Assembly: GCA_965248055.1 (NCBI GenBank)
Contig: CBDFIJ010000004.1
Coordinates: 1,792,001 to 1,856,000, forward strand
DNA from: Candidatus Multivoradales bacterium
Lineage (GTDB): Bacteria > Acidobacteriota > Thermoanaerobaculia > Multivoradales > JAHEKO01
Direction of reading: 5' to 3'
Length of the DNA: 64,000 bases
Each line of letters opens with the position of its first letter. The stretch's first letter is position 1. Positions 19,493 to 29,830 of the stretch are shown piece after piece. A program made the position numbers and the translations under genes. Below the pieces are notes generated by a model, which was not told where the DNA came from, searched no databases, and was given only the letters and a program-made list of their open reading frames with translations.

Positions 19493-22072
19493 CTACCGCT
19501 TGCGCGCTTTGCGCTTCGGGGCCTTACCGCGTTCGGCGAGAATCGCCACCGCTTGTTCTTTGGTCATGGTCTCAGCGTCATCGCCTTTGCGCAGCGATGC
19601 GTTGACCTCACCGTTGGTTAGGTAGGGGCCGAAACGACCGTCGAGCAGGCGCACGGAAAGCTTGTCGTGCTCACCGAAGTCGTTGAGCACTTTGGCTGTT
19701 GCCCGGCCGCGGGTCTTGGGTTGAGCCAGGATGACCAGAGCACGGTCGAGTTCGACAGTGTAGATGTCGTCTTCGACAGACAACGAGCGAGTTTCTTTGC
19801 CAGCTTTGAGATAGGGACCGTAGCGGCCTGAGGCCGCCACCACTTCTTCTTCTGTTTCCGGGTGGACTCCCAGGGTCCGGGGTAGCGAAAGCCACAGCAA
19901 CGCATCGTCTAGGGTCACGCTGTCTTCGGTGCGGCCCTTGGGTAGGGATGCGCGCTTGGGCTTGGGTTCCTTAGTTCCTTTTTCTGGTGTTTCGCCCAAT
20001 TGCACGTAGGGCCCGAAACGACCGGTCGCCAGGTAAATCGGTTCTCCGTCCTGGTGCCCTAAGATCTGCGGCCCATCGCTCTGGGTTTCCAGAATCTCGC
20101 GCGCCATCTCGAGTGTCAGATCCGCCGGAGCAAGGCCATCGGGCAACGAAGCGCTTTGCTTGCCGTCACCTTCCCCACGCTGCAAGAACGGTCCGTATCG
20201 ACCAATTCTGACTACCACCGCTCGACCTTCTTCGTCTTCGCCCAGCTCCATGGCTGGGTAGTTGATGAGGTCGGTTTCTTTCTCCAGTCGAGCCTTCAAG
20301 CCCGGGTCGTTGGCGCCACCGAAGTAGAACCCATGTAAGTGATCCAGCCACGGGATCTGACCACTGGCAACATCGTCCAGGGACTGCTCCATAGTGGCGG
20401 TAAAACCCGTGTCAACGTAGTCTCGGAAATGCTTTTCCAACAACAAGGTTACGGCGTGAGCAGTGAAGGTCGGGACCAGGGCGTTGCCTTGTTTTTCGAC
20501 ATAACCGCGCCGTTGGATGGTCTCGATAATCGGTGCATAGGTGGACGGTCGGCCGATCCCGAGTTCTTCCAGCAGTTTGACCAAGGTCGCCTCGGTGTAG
20601 CGGGCCGGCGGTTTGGTTTGCTTACCCACCGCGTCGACCAATTGCGGATCGATCGAGCCACCAATGGTCAACGAGGGCAGCAGGGATTCGTCATCTTCTG
20701 TGGAGCGTCCATAGGCGGCCATCCAGCCTGGAAAGTCAATCACCTGACCAGTGGCTTGAAAGACCGCTTCTTTGCCACCGGATTGAACCATTGGGTGCAA
20801 GGTCACTGCGGTCCGCGAGAGCTTGGCGTCGCTCATCTGGCTCGCCATCGTCCGGCGCCAAATCAAGTCGTAGAGTTTGAGTTCGTCATCCTGTAGGTGG
20901 GCTTTGAGGCTGTCTGGAGTGCGCTCCAAACTAGTGGGTCGAATCGCTTCATGGGCCTCTTGAGCGCCTTTGGATTTGGTCTTGTAGCGCCGCTCGCCAG
21001 TAGCGTAGTCCTTGCCGAAGTGACTACCGATGACCTTCTGTGCCTCAGCCAGGGCGCGCTCGGATAGAGTCATGGAGTCGGTTCGCATATAGGTAATGAG
21101 ACCTTCATGTCCGCTGCCTAAATCGATCCCTTCATACAGCCTCTGAGCCGCCCGCATGGTGCGCGAAGCACCAAACCCCAGACGCCCGTTGGCTGCCTGC
21201 TGCAGGGAAGAGGTGGTAAACGGAGGCGATGGACGGCGGGTTACCGGCTTGGTTTCGACGTTGGCGACGGTCCAGGGCGTCGACCAGCCGAGCAACAACT
21301 CGAGAGCTTCTCCCTCTTGCTTGAGCCACAAACGTTTCTCAGGGTTCTTGAGCTCGCCGGACTCGGGATCAAAATCACGACCGGTTGCTAGCGGCTCACC
21401 AGCCACCGACTTCATCTGCGCCTGAAACGAAATTCCGTCCTTTTCGAGGGTGGCCTCCAAGGACCAGTATCCGGCAGTCATAAATCGGTGGCGATCACGC
21501 TCGCGTAAAACGCAAAGCCGTACCGCCACACTTTGTACCCGACCCGCCGACAATCCGCGCTGTACTTTCTTCCACAAGACCGGCGAGAGCTCGTAGCCAT
21601 ACAACCGATCAATGATGCGCCGATTCTCTTGCGCCCGGATCAGTTGGTAGTCGAGTTCTCGCGGGTTCTCCAGCGCCTCACGCACCGCGTCTTCGGTGAT
21701 CTCGTGAAAAGCAATGCGCTTGACCGGAACTTTGGGCTTGAGCACTTCGACAATATGCCAGCCAATCGATTCGCCTTCGCGATCTTCATCAGTCGCCAGA
21801 ATCAATTCGTCGGCGCCAACTAATGCCTTCTTGAGCGTTTGGATGTGTTTCTTGCGATCCGCAGAGATGACATAGATCGGATCAAACTTGTGGTCGACGT
21901 TGACCCCGAGTCGAGCCCATGGCTCGCCTTTGTGGCGTGCAGGAATCTGGCTGGCACTACCCGGAAGGTCCCGAATATGGCCATAGCTGGCTTCGACCCG
22001 GTATTCGGATCCCAGAAACCGGGCGAGAGTCTTGGCTTTGGCTGGTGATTCAACAACAACAAGTGACGGCAT
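19493..22072 (-). CDS. topA: DNA topoisomerase I with C-terminal GRxGP repeats
   Basis: VVESPAKA, DEDREGE, AGRVQS, ITYMRTD, EAHEAIRP; four GR(Y/F)GP(Y/F) repeats, no Zn ribbons. Confidence 0.97.
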   Translation of the reverse strand: MPSLVVVESPAKAKTLARFLGSEYRVEASYGHIRDLPGSASQIPARHKGEPWARLGVNVDHKFDPIYVISADRKKHIQTLKKALVGADELILATDEDREGESIGWHIVEVLKPKVPVKRIAFHEITEDAVREALENPRELDYQLIRAQENRRIIDRLYGYELSPVLWKKVQRGLSAGRVQSVAVRLCVLRERDRHRFMTAGYWSLEATLEKDGISFQAQMKSVAGEPLATGRDFDPESGELKNPEKRLWLKQEGEALELLLGWSTPWTVANVETKPVTRRPSPPFTTSSLQQAANGRLGFGASRTMRAAQRLYEGIDLGSGHEGLITYMRTDSMTLSERALAEAQKVIGSHFGKDYATGERRYKTKSKGAQEAHEAIRPTSLERTPDSLKAHLQDDELKLYDLIWRRTMASQMSDAKLSRTAVTLHPMVQSGGKEAVFQATGQVIDFPGWMAAYGRSTEDDESLLPSLTIGGSIDPQLVDAVGKQTKPPARYTEATLVKLLEELGIGRPSTYAPIIETIQRRGYVEKQGNALVPTFTAHAVTLLLEKHFRDYVDTGFTATMEQSLDDVASGQIPWLDHLHGFYFGGANDPGLKARLEKETDLINYPAMELGEDEEGRAVVVRIGRYGPFLQRGEGDGKQSASLPDGLAPADLTLEMAREILETQSDGPQILGHQDGEPIYLATGRFGPYVQLGETPEKGTKEPKPKRASLPKGRTEDSVTLDDALLWLSLPRTLGVHPETEEEVVAASGRYGPYLKAGKETRSLSVEDDIYTVELDRALVILAQPKTRGRATAKVLNDFGEHDKLSVRLLDGRFGPYLTNGEVNASLRKGDDAETMTKEQAVAILAERGKAPKRKARKR

Positions 22073-22192
22073 AAGTCGAGTAGCTCCACGGAGAGTAGAT
22101 TGGCAAAGCAGTGGTGATGGGCGAATAACAACGCATCGGCGCGGAACTCTCGGGGAAATCATCGCGTTCGTCAACCCATGGCACTCTCCGCG

Positions 22193-23311
22193 CTATCGCA
22201 CCAAGCGCCCAAAACGATCTCCTGGTTGCCGACTGATCAAGCCCAATAGCTCCAACTTAGACAACTCCACCAGGAGTTCTTCTATGCGCCGCTCTAGGGC
22301 CTTAGAGAGTTGCTCCACAGATATCGATTCACCCAATGGCGGCAACGCTTCCCACAGTTTTCGGTCGACCTCTTTGGGGATCGCTGAGGAGGCGTCTTCG
22401 GGGAGCTGCAAGCCAGGGATAAAGTCGATCAGGTCCCGGGGTCGATGGGCCACGCCAGCTCCGTCTGAGATCAAGGCATGACAACCCTGAGATCTAACAT
22501 CAAATATCGACCCGGGGACAGCAAAGACGTCTCGACCGAGATCGAGTGCGAGCCGGGCCGTGATCAGAGATCCAGAGCGAAAGGTCGCTCGCACGACCAG
22601 CACGCTTCGAGCTAGAGCAGAGATCAGATGGTTACGAATCGGGAAGTTGCGAGCCAGGGGTGGTGTTGCGATCGGAAACTGGCTGATCACCGCTCCTTGA
22701 CCGGCAATCTGATCGGCCAAGGATCGATGGTGGCGCGGATAAGCGACATCGATACCGCACCCCAAGACCGCGACCGTCTTGCCAGAGGTTTCGAGGGCTC
22801 CTCGGTGCGCCGCACCATCAACTCCGGTCGCCATGCCCGACACCACGGTGGCTCCCGCAGAAGCGAGGCGACGTCCAAATCGCTTTGCTGCTTGGCGTCC
22901 ATAGTCGCCGCACCGGCGTGAGCCGACGATCGCGATCGCTAACGTTGGATTCTGCAGACAGGTCGGTGGAAGGCTTCCTCTGACGTACAGCACCGGCGGA
23001 GGAAGCTCAAGGTCAAAAAAAATTGGAGGATAGCCACGGTCATTCCAGGTCAAGATCACGGCCTTGGCGCGATCCGCACCCACTCGTTGTTGTTTGGCGA
23101 GCGAGGCGGCTTTGTCTAAAGCCTGCTCTACTTGCGACCTGCCTTTGAATTGGTTCCAGGCATCGGAACGGAGAAGTTCCGGATCGGCGGCGATTTGGTA
23201 GATGCGATCCAGCGAGATCGACCTCAGGGTGTTGATCGCGATCAATTGATCATCGGACAGCGAGGCATTGGCCAGTAGGTCATCGGACTGCGGTTTATCG
23301 GAATAATGCAT
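22193..23311 (-). CDS. dprA: DNA-processing protein DprA
   Basis: AIVGSR, VSGMATGVD, FPIRN, SGSLITA, VFAVPG. Confidence 0.95.
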   Translation of the reverse strand: MHYSDKPQSDDLLANASLSDDQLIAINTLRSISLDRIYQIAADPELLRSDAWNQFKGRSQVEQALDKAASLAKQQRVGADRAKAVILTWNDRGYPPIFFDLELPPPVLYVRGSLPPTCLQNPTLAIAIVGSRRCGDYGRQAAKRFGRRLASAGATVVSGMATGVDGAAHRGALETSGKTVAVLGCGIDVAYPRHHRSLADQIAGQGAVISQFPIATPPLARNFPIRNHLISALARSVLVVRATFRSGSLITARLALDLGRDVFAVPGSIFDVRSQGCHALISDGAGVAHRPRDLIDFIPGLQLPEDASSAIPKEVDRKLWEALPPLGESISVEQLSKALERRIEELLVELSKLELLGLISRQPGDRFGRLVR

Positions 23312-23654
23312 CTTTCAAGGTTGGTCAGCGAGGGAGTCGTCCACACTAGGAGACGACCGCCTCTTAAGATGAGACGAAAAGCTCTACCGTGACCTTGCCG
23401 GCGGCGCAATATCAATAACCACAAGCGAAAACTTGAGGCACTGGGTGGCGTATTCAAGGTACGGCACCGCCCTTGCAGCCCCTCGGCCTGCCGACCGAGC
23501 GCTGGGGTTCCGGTTGGCTCAAACTAGATCTACGACAGTGATTGAAACAAGCCCATTGTCAAATTCGGCAGATTCACTGAACCATTTTCGTGTGATGCGC
23601 CCGTATATACTGCCGATGGGTAGTCTTTCGTCACGCACCTGGAGATTTTTTTCC

Positions 23655-24176
23655 ATGGGTAATTACCAATCTTGGCTCTTGGTCCGCAGGCTGGGAGCGC
23701 TTTTCGTTGTTGCGTTCTTAGCACTGCCGATCGGGATCCAAGCAAAACCGGTCGGTCAACTTGGGTTCGGCGCACAGATGGCGTCGCGCGGGCTGTGGAG
23801 CGAAGCCTTGTTTCGTTTTCGTCAGGCGGAAAAAAGCGACCCGGACAACCCGCGCATCCTCAACAACATCGCAGTCTCGCTTGAAGCTCTCGGCCTCTAC
23901 GATGAAGCCCTGGAGCAATATCGCAAAGCGGTCGAGGTAGCGCCCAATTTGGATCACGCCAAGAAAAACTACGCTCGTTTCGTCGACTTCTATCAAGCCT
24001 TCAAAGGCGGTGAGGTCGAGTTATCCGACGACGAAAACGCCGGTGCGCTAGCGGAAGCTGATCCGGAGGCGGCCCAAACAGCCGCGAGTGCTCAGGAAAG
24101 CGGCGAACCTACAGATGGCCAACAGGACGCTGAAGGCAAGCCGGGCAATCTATCGTTGGATGGGGACTTATCATGA
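23655..24176 (+). CDS. Secreted TPR protein
   Basis: Signal-like N-terminus, TPR pattern (ILNNIAVSLEALGLYDEALEQYRKA), acidic tail; GGAG upstream. Confidence 0.8.
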   Translation: MGNYQSWLLVRRLGALFVVAFLALPIGIQAKPVGQLGFGAQMASRGLWSEALFRFRQAEKSDPDNPRILNNIAVSLEALGLYDEALEQYRKAVEVAPNLDHAKKNYARFVDFYQAFKGGEVELSDDENAGALAEADPEAAQTAASAQESGEPTDGQQDAEGKPGNLSLDGDLS

Positions 24177-24886
24177 CCATTCGCAGACCAGGTCGGAACC
24201 GCTCGCTGTTGTTGGGGACGCTTGCGCTCATTGTAGGAAGTATGGATTTTCCACTGGCAGCCTCGGAAGTTGAAGTCCATATCGTGCTACCCGTGCGGGC
24301 GCGCATTGCCCTGGAGAACCGAGGCACGGTGACCCTTGCACCCTGTTTGATCTTTGATGAAGAAGGCGAAGAGAACGCCTACGATATTGATCTGGTCAAA
24401 GAGTTCGAACGCTACTTCAGTCGCTTGCTCGGACGTAAGACCGACCTCAAGTTCATCGAATCGGGACCAATCGACTACCCATCTTTTGATTTGGGACAAC
24501 TGGGCAATGACTCTGATTTTTGGGCCTTCGTGGGTTCACAGACACAAGCTGACTTGGTGCTCGCTTGTAGCTTGGATTTTGATGTTCAAGAGCGAAGCGG
24601 ATACCGTTCTCAACCTTACGTCTCTCCTTACGACGGACGAACCTACGAGCGTCAAGTCTTGATTGAAAACACCGGATTTGAATTCGATATTGTGCTCCAG
24701 GTTTATGAAGGCGCCACTGGCGAACAGCTCTATACCGAGAACTTCAAAGATTTTCGAGAGTTTCCCACTGACAGCGCCGACCCCATCACCGGAATGTTCG
24801 CCAATTTGCAGGCGTTAGAAGATCGCATCGCTGGAATTTTTGTCCAGCGAGAGGTTCCCGCCAGCCGCACCCTCTACACTGAATGA
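24173..24886 (+). CDS. Secreted hypothetical protein (possible CsgG/TolB_N-like fold)
   Basis: ATGA overlap with the TPR gene; signal peptide; ADLVLACSLDF element. Confidence 0.7.
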   Translation: MTIRRPGRNRSLLLGTLALIVGSMDFPLAASEVEVHIVLPVRARIALENRGTVTLAPCLIFDEEGEENAYDIDLVKEFERYFSRLLGRKTDLKFIESGPIDYPSFDLGQLGNDSDFWAFVGSQTQADLVLACSLDFDVQERSGYRSQPYVSPYDGRTYERQVLIENTGFEFDIVLQVYEGATGEQLYTENFKDFREFPTDSADPITGMFANLQALEDRIAGIFVQREVPASRTLYTE

Positions 24887-24918
24887 CAGCTCCCCTCTCG
24901 ATCGAAAAAGGAGTCACC

Positions 24919-27855
24919 GTGACTAAGAACCTTCGCTTGATGAACCTTCGTTTGCCTCTGGCCTGCGCGCTCTTGGCGCTGATGGCGGTTTCTCCAGTTA
25001 CTGCCCAATTCGGCAAGAACTCGAAGATCCAATATCGAGATTTCAACTGGAAGATCTACCATGCCACCCATTTCGATGTTTATTACTACGAGGACGAGAA
25101 ACACCTTCTCGACCGGGTGGTGTCGTTCGCAGAATCAGCCTACGACCATCTGTCGCGCGAGTTCGACTACCAGATCCCAAAACCGACGCCGCTGATCTTT
25201 TACCGCACCCACAATGAATTCCAACAGAACAACATCATCCTCAACTACATTCCGGAAGGACTGGGTGCATTCGCCAGTTCGGTGCGTAATCGCATGGTGC
25301 TACCGGTGGACATGCCGGATGACCAGCTGCTCAACCTCATCCTTCACGAACTGACCCACATTTTTCAGTACCACATCCTCTATGGAGGTAGCGCCGGGAA
25401 AGGCATTACCTCTTCCGCGCCCCAGTACATCAACGAAGGCATGGCGAGCTACTACGCCGCCGACGAAGACGCCCGCGACAAGATGTATCTGCGCGATGCA
25501 GTGGTCAACGACAACATTCCCGAGATCGGTGGTGATTCTCAGCCGCAAGGGTTCTTCGCCTATCGCTACGGCCACGCCTTTTTTGACTACGTAGAAGAAA
25601 CCTACGGCAAAGAAGGTGTACTCGCTTTCTTACTAGAACTACGCACCACGCTCGGCTCGCGCGTTGGGCCCGCCATTGAACGTGCTTTTACCGAGAAGCC
25701 TGAGGATTTTTCCGCCGACTTTCGTCGCTGGTTGCGGCGTAAGTACTTGCCAGAGTTAGTGGTCACCGGTGAGCCCGGCGACTTTGGTCGCCGTTTTCGT
25801 CAAGAAAAGGGCAAGGCTCCGGTCAACGCGGCTTCACCGATCGCCTCTCCTTCCGGAGACCTGATCGCGACCTTTGTCCGGGATCGTGGCGAAGTCGACA
25901 TCGTGCTCTACGACACTAAGACCCGCGAGAAGGTCAAGAACCTCACCAAGGGGTTTACCACCGACGTTCAGTACTTCATCGCCCAAGAGATCGGCGAAGT
26001 GCCGCGTAAGATGGGTCGAGACTTGGCTTTTTCGCCGGACGGCAATCAGTTGGCAGCCTTTGTGCGCAAGGAAGACTCGCGCAAACTAGCCTTCGTCGAC
26101 GTACTGCGCGGTGGCGTGCGCCGGCTTATCGACGTAGGCGTTGACCAAGCGTTGAATCCTGCTTGGTCTCCAGACGGAACCAAGATCGCTTTCGCCGGTC
26201 ATCGCGATGGTCAGTTCGACATCTTCGAGTACGACTTGAATGCCGACGTAGTCACCAATTTGACCAACGACAAGGTCTACGACGGCGCGCCATCTTACAG
26301 CCCCGACGGTTCGTCGTTGGTGTTTTCCTCCGCAGCAGGCGACACCATTCGCATCTACCGCATTGATCGCAGCGACCCATCGGTGCGTTATCCGCTCACC
26401 GACGGAGAGGACAATGCCACCGATCCAATTTACTCGCCCGACGGCAGCCGACTGTATTTCACCTCCGACTACACCGGCGCCAACAACATCTTTTCCAAAG
26501 ACTTGGCGACCGGAGAGACGGTACAGCACACCAACTCGGTCACCGGCAGCTATATGCCGGTTCCGTTGTCCAATCCAGCCGGGGATGACCGTCTGGTGTT
26601 CACCGCTTTCTGGCGTGGTCGGCATGATCTTTACCTGCTGGATGAGGCGAAGCCTATCTCTGACCCCATCATCATCGTCGAACCGGATCAGCAAGCTCCC
26701 GAGGGAGCTGGTCTCCGGCTCACCGAGCTACCGGAATTTGAACCGACCATTGAGGCCGCGCTAGACGACGCCAATATTGGTCCCTACAAGCGCAAGTTCT
26801 TTATCGAAGGCTTCTCAGGAACGTCGATCGCGGTAACCGACGACCAACGCTATATCGGTACCGTCGCCGTCTCGCTGTCCGACTTTCTTGGCGACCATCG
26901 CATTTTGGCCCAATTTCAAACCGTGGATTCGTTCCGGAATTTCAACATCGTCTACGCGGACCTCAAGAAGAGACTGCAAAAGCAAGTGAACCTGTTTGAC
27001 AACCGGACTTTTCGAGTCGTTGGTCGCGATCAGTTTGGCGGTCGCGCGATCCAACAAGAAGTTCGCTACGAAACCTTGGGGCTGTTTGGCTCGTTGGTCT
27101 ATCCGTTGGACTTCAACCATCGAATCGAGGGCGGAGTTGGATATATCCAACGGAAATTCGAACTGGCGCTGTCGGAATTTGAAAGAAATCCGTTCGGCTT
27201 ACCAGGGGAGACGCTGGATACCCTCACACTCTTCGAGGATGATTTCCCTTTCGTTCAAACCAAGTTTGTCGGGGATAGCTCGGTTTGGAGCGGTTTTGGT
27301 CCGATCAGTGGTCGTCGTTACTCGCTACAAGCAACTTACGCTTCCGACACTGGAGGCAGCGGTGACTTGTTCACCACCTTCGAAGCTGATTTCCGCCAGT
27401 ACGTCCCCCTGGGACGTCGGGGGTCCTTTGCTATTCGTGGCTACGGCTTCACAAGTGATGGCAACCAACCCGGCATCACCTACTTTGGGGGTCTGGATAC
27501 CGTGCGTGGGTTCAACTTTCGCAGTATCTCGGGCGACAACGGTTTTTATACCAACTTCGAGCTGCGCTTTCCGTTTATCGATTACTTGATTACTCCCTCT
27601 AGGGCTTTGTCTTTCCAGGGAATCCAAGGAGTCGTCTTTCTAGATATGGGCGGTGCTTGGTTTGATGGCGTTCAGGATTTCAACTTCTACGACTCCGAGA
27701 ACAGTCGACTTGACGACGGAGTTGCCTCTTATGGGTTTGGACTTTCGACCCGAGTCTTCGGCTATCCCGTCAACTGGAATTTCGCCAAGCAATGGAATTT
27801 CGACACTTCCGCCGATGGCTACGAAACTTCCTTCTGGATCGGTTTCCGCTTTTAG
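24919..27855 (+). CDS. Omp85/BamA-family outer membrane protein with N-terminal gluzincin-like peptidase and PD40 beta-propeller
   Basis: HELTH...NEGMA, repeated SPDG, TVRGF, ELRFP, FLDMG, C-terminal FWIGFRF; GTG start after AAGGAG. Confidence 0.88.
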   Translation: MTKNLRLMNLRLPLACALLALMAVSPVTAQFGKNSKIQYRDFNWKIYHATHFDVYYYEDEKHLLDRVVSFAESAYDHLSREFDYQIPKPTPLIFYRTHNEFQQNNIILNYIPEGLGAFASSVRNRMVLPVDMPDDQLLNLILHELTHIFQYHILYGGSAGKGITSSAPQYINEGMASYYAADEDARDKMYLRDAVVNDNIPEIGGDSQPQGFFAYRYGHAFFDYVEETYGKEGVLAFLLELRTTLGSRVGPAIERAFTEKPEDFSADFRRWLRRKYLPELVVTGEPGDFGRRFRQEKGKAPVNAASPIASPSGDLIATFVRDRGEVDIVLYDTKTREKVKNLTKGFTTDVQYFIAQEIGEVPRKMGRDLAFSPDGNQLAAFVRKEDSRKLAFVDVLRGGVRRLIDVGVDQALNPAWSPDGTKIAFAGHRDGQFDIFEYDLNADVVTNLTNDKVYDGAPSYSPDGSSLVFSSAAGDTIRIYRIDRSDPSVRYPLTDGEDNATDPIYSPDGSRLYFTSDYTGANNIFSKDLATGETVQHTNSVTGSYMPVPLSNPAGDDRLVFTAFWRGRHDLYLLDEAKPISDPIIIVEPDQQAPEGAGLRLTELPEFEPTIEAALDDANIGPYKRKFFIEGFSGTSIAVTDDQRYIGTVAVSLSDFLGDHRILAQFQTVDSFRNFNIVYADLKKRLQKQVNLFDNRTFRVVGRDQFGGRAIQQEVRYETLGLFGSLVYPLDFNHRIEGGVGYIQRKFELALSEFERNPFGLPGETLDTLTLFEDDFPFVQTKFVGDSSVWSGFGPISGRRYSLQATYASDTGGSGDLFTTFEADFRQYVPLGRRGSFAIRGYGFTSDGNQPGITYFGGLDTVRGFNFRSISGDNGFYTNFELRFPFIDYLITPSRALSFQGIQGVVFLDMGGAWFDGVQDFNFYDSENSRLDDGVASYGFGLSTRVFGYPVNWNFAKQWNFDTSADGYETSFWIGFRF

Positions 27856-27866
27856 CTGGAGCGTCA

Positions 27867-28610
27867 TTGAAGATTGAGGTTTTAGGCGCCTATGGAGGAG
27901 TCGGCCCAGGTATGCGACCGACTTCTTTGTTGATTGAAGACAGAGTCGTGTTGGACGCTGGGTCGATTGCCAGAAGTATCGATTTCGATCGCCAACAGAG
28001 AATCGAAGCGGTAGTTCTCACCCATGCTCACGCCGATCACATCTGCGAACTACCTTTTTTCCTAGAGAACATTGCCTCCGCTCTACGTCCTCCGGTACGC
28101 ATCTACGGCTCGGTCGCAACCTTGTATGCCGTCCGCCGTCATTTGATCAACAATCACATCTGGCCCGATCTAGACGCCTCAACCATCCGACCCAGGATGA
28201 TGGAGTTTGTTGAAATAGAAACCGAGCAGCCCTTCGTCGCTGGCGGCGTGCAATGGACGCCTTTCGCGGTCGATCACACGGTACCCACTTTCGGTTACGT
28301 CCTGGAAGACAGCACCTCATCGATTCTGTGGTCAAGTGACACTGGTCCGACCCATCGGTTGTGGGAAATTATCAACTCCAAACCTGAACTGAATACCGCC
28401 ATGGTTGAGGTTAGCTTTGATAATGCCCGCCAAGAACTCGCCGATCGCACCGGTCACCTGACGCCCAGCAGTCTCAAAAAAGAACTCGGCAAATGCACCA
28501 GAGAGTTGCGTGTGTTGGTTCACCACTTGAAGCCGGTATTCGTTGAGCGACTGGGTCATGAACTCGCCGACTTCGAGATCTTGGAACAGGGTCGGGTCTA
28601 CGAATTTTGA
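27867..28610 (+). CDS. MBL-fold hydrolase, class II cyclic-nucleotide phosphodiesterase-like
   Basis: VLGAYGG, LDAG, THAHADH, DHTVP, SSDTGPT, GHLTP, HLKP. Confidence 0.82.
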   Translation: MKIEVLGAYGGVGPGMRPTSLLIEDRVVLDAGSIARSIDFDRQQRIEAVVLTHAHADHICELPFFLENIASALRPPVRIYGSVATLYAVRRHLINNHIWPDLDASTIRPRMMEFVEIETEQPFVAGGVQWTPFAVDHTVPTFGYVLEDSTSSILWSSDTGPTHRLWEIINSKPELNTAMVEVSFDNARQELADRTGHLTPSSLKKELGKCTRELRVLVHHLKPVFVERLGHELADFEILEQGRVYEF

Positions 28611-28872
28611 CCCCGGCCCCCCTAGTGCCTGCTCCGGGGCAATATCACTGTCCCCTTAATACCCTTCCGGGGCAAAAGGATGACAAGAACAAGGAGACTC
28701 TCCTGGCCCCACGTCTGCGCACCTAATTCACTCTTCATCCCGCAAGGCCACCCCAACCGTCATTCCCGCAGGTGCCAAGGAGGGGGGAGGGAATCTCTCA
28801 AGGCGCTAAAGAGCGCTCCCTCCCACAGCGATCTAATCCGTTCTAGAAATCGGACCGTGATACCTTGCGCCG

Positions 28873-29700
28873 GTGCAACTGGCCCTTGATTTTCCCGGTG
28901 ATGGATTTCGCTTTTGCGTACTCGGATCTGGCAGTGCTGGTAACGCGATTTTGGTGCAGCACGGCAGTGACCGAATCCTCATCGACTGCGGCTTTTCTGC
29001 TCGCGAGATCGTCCGGCGGCTGGAGGTGGTCGGCGTGTCGCCGGAAACCATCGGTGCGATCTACTTAACTCACGAACATTCTGATCATTGTCGCGGTGTA
29101 CGGCAGTTTCGCAAGCGTTTTGAGACTCCGGTGTTTGCCACCGAGGGTACTCTGCAGGCAATGCGCGCTGGAGCCTGGGGAGAACGCTTGGTCGCCGACC
29201 GCCCAGTGCACAGAATGGACATGGAGATCACGCCGTTTGCGGTCTCTCATGATGCCCAACAGCCGGTTGGGTTCGTCATCGAGGGAACTCGGGGTGGGCG
29301 CCTCGCCGTGGTGGCGGACTTGGGCCATGCTGACAGTGATCTGTGGAGCAAAGTTGGTACCCTGGACGCACTGATCCTGGAATCCAACCACGATGAACAG
29401 ATGCTCAACCAAGGTCCATATCCTTGGTCACTCAAGCGTCGAATCCTCGGCGAACGAGGACACCTGTCCAACCGCGCAGCAGCGGCCGCGCTGAAACAAC
29501 TCGCCGACGATCGGTTGCATACCGTGGTCCTCTACCACCTGTCTCGCACCAATAACCGGCCTCAGCTGGCTGCCGATACCGTCAGCGATACGGTGAACCG
29601 CTTGCGCTCTCCGGCAGAGGTAGTGGTCAGCAGTCAATTTGAACCAACTCCATGGTTCGACCTGACGATTCAAGCTGGGCGGAGGTCGGTCGGACAGTAG
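28873..29700 (+). CDS. MBL-fold metallo-hydrolase, YycJ/WalJ-like
   Basis: LGSGSAGN, IDCG, THEHSDH, SHDA, ESNHD, GHLSN, HLS. Confidence 0.9.
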   Translation: MQLALDFPGDGFRFCVLGSGSAGNAILVQHGSDRILIDCGFSAREIVRRLEVVGVSPETIGAIYLTHEHSDHCRGVRQFRKRFETPVFATEGTLQAMRAGAWGERLVADRPVHRMDMEITPFAVSHDAQQPVGFVIEGTRGGRLAVVADLGHADSDLWSKVGTLDALILESNHDEQMLNQGPYPWSLKRRILGERGHLSNRAAAAALKQLADDRLHTVVLYHLSRTNNRPQLAADTVSDTVNRLRSPAEVVVSSQFEPTPWFDLTIQAGRRSVGQ

Positions 29701-29830
29701 CGAGTCAACTTGATGCCAGCCCTTGGCGCATGTCGTTGACTACATCCTACTGACGACAACCTTGTCGTATGTTTTGCCGTACCAGCATAGGGCAGCGAGC
29801 GTGCCCGACACCAAAGTCAAGGAGGATGCC

